64,000 nucleotides of DNA, taken from Candidatus Bathyarchaeia archaeon. GTDB lineage: Archaea; Thermoproteota; Bathyarchaeia; Bathyarchaeales; Bathycorpusculaceae. Location: contig JBEKXL010000002.1 of NCBI GenBank assembly GCA_049512075.1, forward strand, positions 165,930-229,929. The letters are read 5' to 3'. Both the position numbers and the translations under genes were made by a program. The stretch's first letter is position 1, and every line of letters starts with the position of its first letter. This document shows, piece after piece, positions 62,653 to 64,000 of this stretch. The notes under the pieces are model-generated. The model saw only the letters and a program-made list of their open reading frames with translations. It was not told the DNA's origin and ran no database searches.

Positions 62653-63609
62653 CTAGGGGTACGTCAGCTTAATGGCCTTGTGTCCGCAAGCGTCGGCGCA
62701 CTTCATGCAGTAAATGCACTCCGGATGGCTGAATTTTTCCCAAGGCAAGTCCAGTATGGGAACACGCGTAGGACAGACCTGAACACAGAGGCCGCATCCA
62801 CTTTTCTCGCATTTGGTAGGTTCTCTCCTCAAGCCAATGAAGCTGAAGTTGTTCATGATAGCCATGATGGCCCCGTGAGGGCAGAAGTACCTGCACCAGC
62901 TTCGAGGCACGTAGGCAACGAAGGCCAGAACCAAAACCATGATTACAAGTTGAGCCCAGAAAAGCGCGGACAAGCTCGAAATGCTGCCTAATACGTCTAC
63001 GCCTTGGCTTGAAAACACGTTAACAGAAAAATTGTGCACCATCGTCGGCAAGGTTGCGAACAAGGTTTCCGATGGACTCACGGCCGTGAAAGGCGCGTTG
63101 GCAAAGATGCCGAGAGCACTCTGATATCCCGCACTGATACCCACAATCTCTGAGGCTGAAAAAGTAACGACGATGAATAGCGTAATTGCCAGAACAAAAT
63201 ACTTCACGTACACCATGGTTTCATGGGTTCTCAATGACAAATCCGTCTGCTTACGTCCGAAAAAACCGACTATGTCTTGGATGAAACCGAAGGGACAGAC
63301 CCATCCGCACATCGATTTGCCAATAAGTATGCCCACGATCAGGAAAGAAGCTATTCCGACCCAGGGAAAAAGGATGCCGGCGTTCCATCCAGTAAACATT
63401 AACTGAATGGCTGTGAAAGCGTCGCCCGCGCTGTTCATCTTCAGCCCCCACGTCCAAAGAACAGGAAACAACAGTGGTAGCGCACCGAGACTGAAAACTA
63501 TTGAACTGAATAAGATGAAAGACAGAAACTGGACTACTCTGCGTGGCGTGTTGTACTTGAGCAGTCTCTGTCTCAGTGTCTGTGCGCTCAAACGTTTCGC
63601 CTTCTCCAT
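62653..63609 (-). CDS. Membrane 4Fe-4S-binding protein (NapH/MauN-like)
   Basis: CGWVCPFG, WCRYFCPHG, two C-terminal ferredoxin motifs, TM helices. Confidence 0.85.
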   Translation of the reverse strand: MEKAKRLSAQTLRQRLLKYNTPRRVVQFLSFILFSSIVFSLGALPLLFPVLWTWGLKMNSAGDAFTAIQLMFTGWNAGILFPWVGIASFLIVGILIGKSMCGWVCPFGFIQDIVGFFGRKQTDLSLRTHETMVYVKYFVLAITLFIVVTFSASEIVGISAGYQSALGIFANAPFTAVSPSETLFATLPTMVHNFSVNVFSSQGVDVLGSISSLSALFWAQLVIMVLVLAFVAYVPRSWCRYFCPHGAIMAIMNNFSFIGLRREPTKCEKSGCGLCVQVCPTRVPILDLPWEKFSHPECIYCMKCADACGHKAIKLTYP

Positions 63610-63632
63610 GCTCTAATGAGGGACTGAGTTAT

Positions 63633-63856
63633 TTATTTTCCTATGACTTTAACATTTTCTACCAGGATCCATGGTGCGACGAGATTGCCCGATTTTCCTC
63701 TCGTTGTTAGCCAAGCCGGAAACATTCGCTAACAAGTGAAAGATGTCTCCGGCCAGCATCGCTCCCTTAACGGGATAGGCAATCTCGCCATTCTTGATGT
63801 TCCAGCTGGGAGTTGCAACGACACTGAATTCTCCGTTCGCTGGATTACTTGTATGC
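63633..63856 (-). pseudogene. 3' remnant of a TldD/PmbA-family gene
   Basis: AHTSNPANGEFSV..IKNGEIAYPVKGAMLAG.. then a +1 frameshift near 63688 into LVAPWILVENVKVIGK*; 5' end lost at GCGCGCGC. Confidence 0.75.
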
Positions 63857-64000
63857 GCGCGCTGCCAATCAAGTATGTTGAAACACCTTTTGCATCATAG
63901 CCCGGCAAAGTCGCTCCCCTTTTTCACTTGTAATGTCAGATGTAATGTGTATTGTTACAAACCATGAAGAAAAACAGGCTGAACTACTGTTCAGAGTTGA
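63855..64000 (-). repeat. Dispersed non-coding element, copy C (runs off the window)
   Basis: Reverse complement aligns nearly colinearly with 12193-12337. Confidence 0.85.

Overview
Archaeal chromosome segment; Bathyarchaeia-like by inference from TFB+Gar1, Alba, a Cren7-like domain, an Ftr paralogue and a NosD/PEF-CTERM surface protein. It contains a split purine cluster: a purM remnant, purS-purL-purQ, then an AT-richer insert (HD dNTPase, PriS-like primase, HEPN-like protein, RNase H), then purF-purD followed by a tightly coupled HAD / Ftr-like / PfkB triad. Housekeeping genes follow (aspS, alba, sucCD, rpl40e, tfb, gar1, msrB, gcvH, gap, pgk, gdh), together with two paralogous alpha-glucan loci (GH15, four GH57, four full GT4, three half-GT4, wHTH and DUF5752-like modules). 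Four candidates for undescribed biology stand out. (1) The HAD-Ftr-PfkB triad may be a PurN/PurT-independent GAR-to-FGAR route. (2) A wHTH / half-GT4 / GT4 cassette occurs three times and is linked to GH57 by domain fusions. (3) GCGCGCGC runs mark gene-truncation junctions and the end of a dispersed ~200-bp element. (4) A bipartite operator is shared by an RHH regulator gene and a GDH gene with a duplicated N-terminal domain. I saw no tRNA, rRNA, CRISPR array, transposase or integrase. Family names come from motif recognition only; no searches were run.
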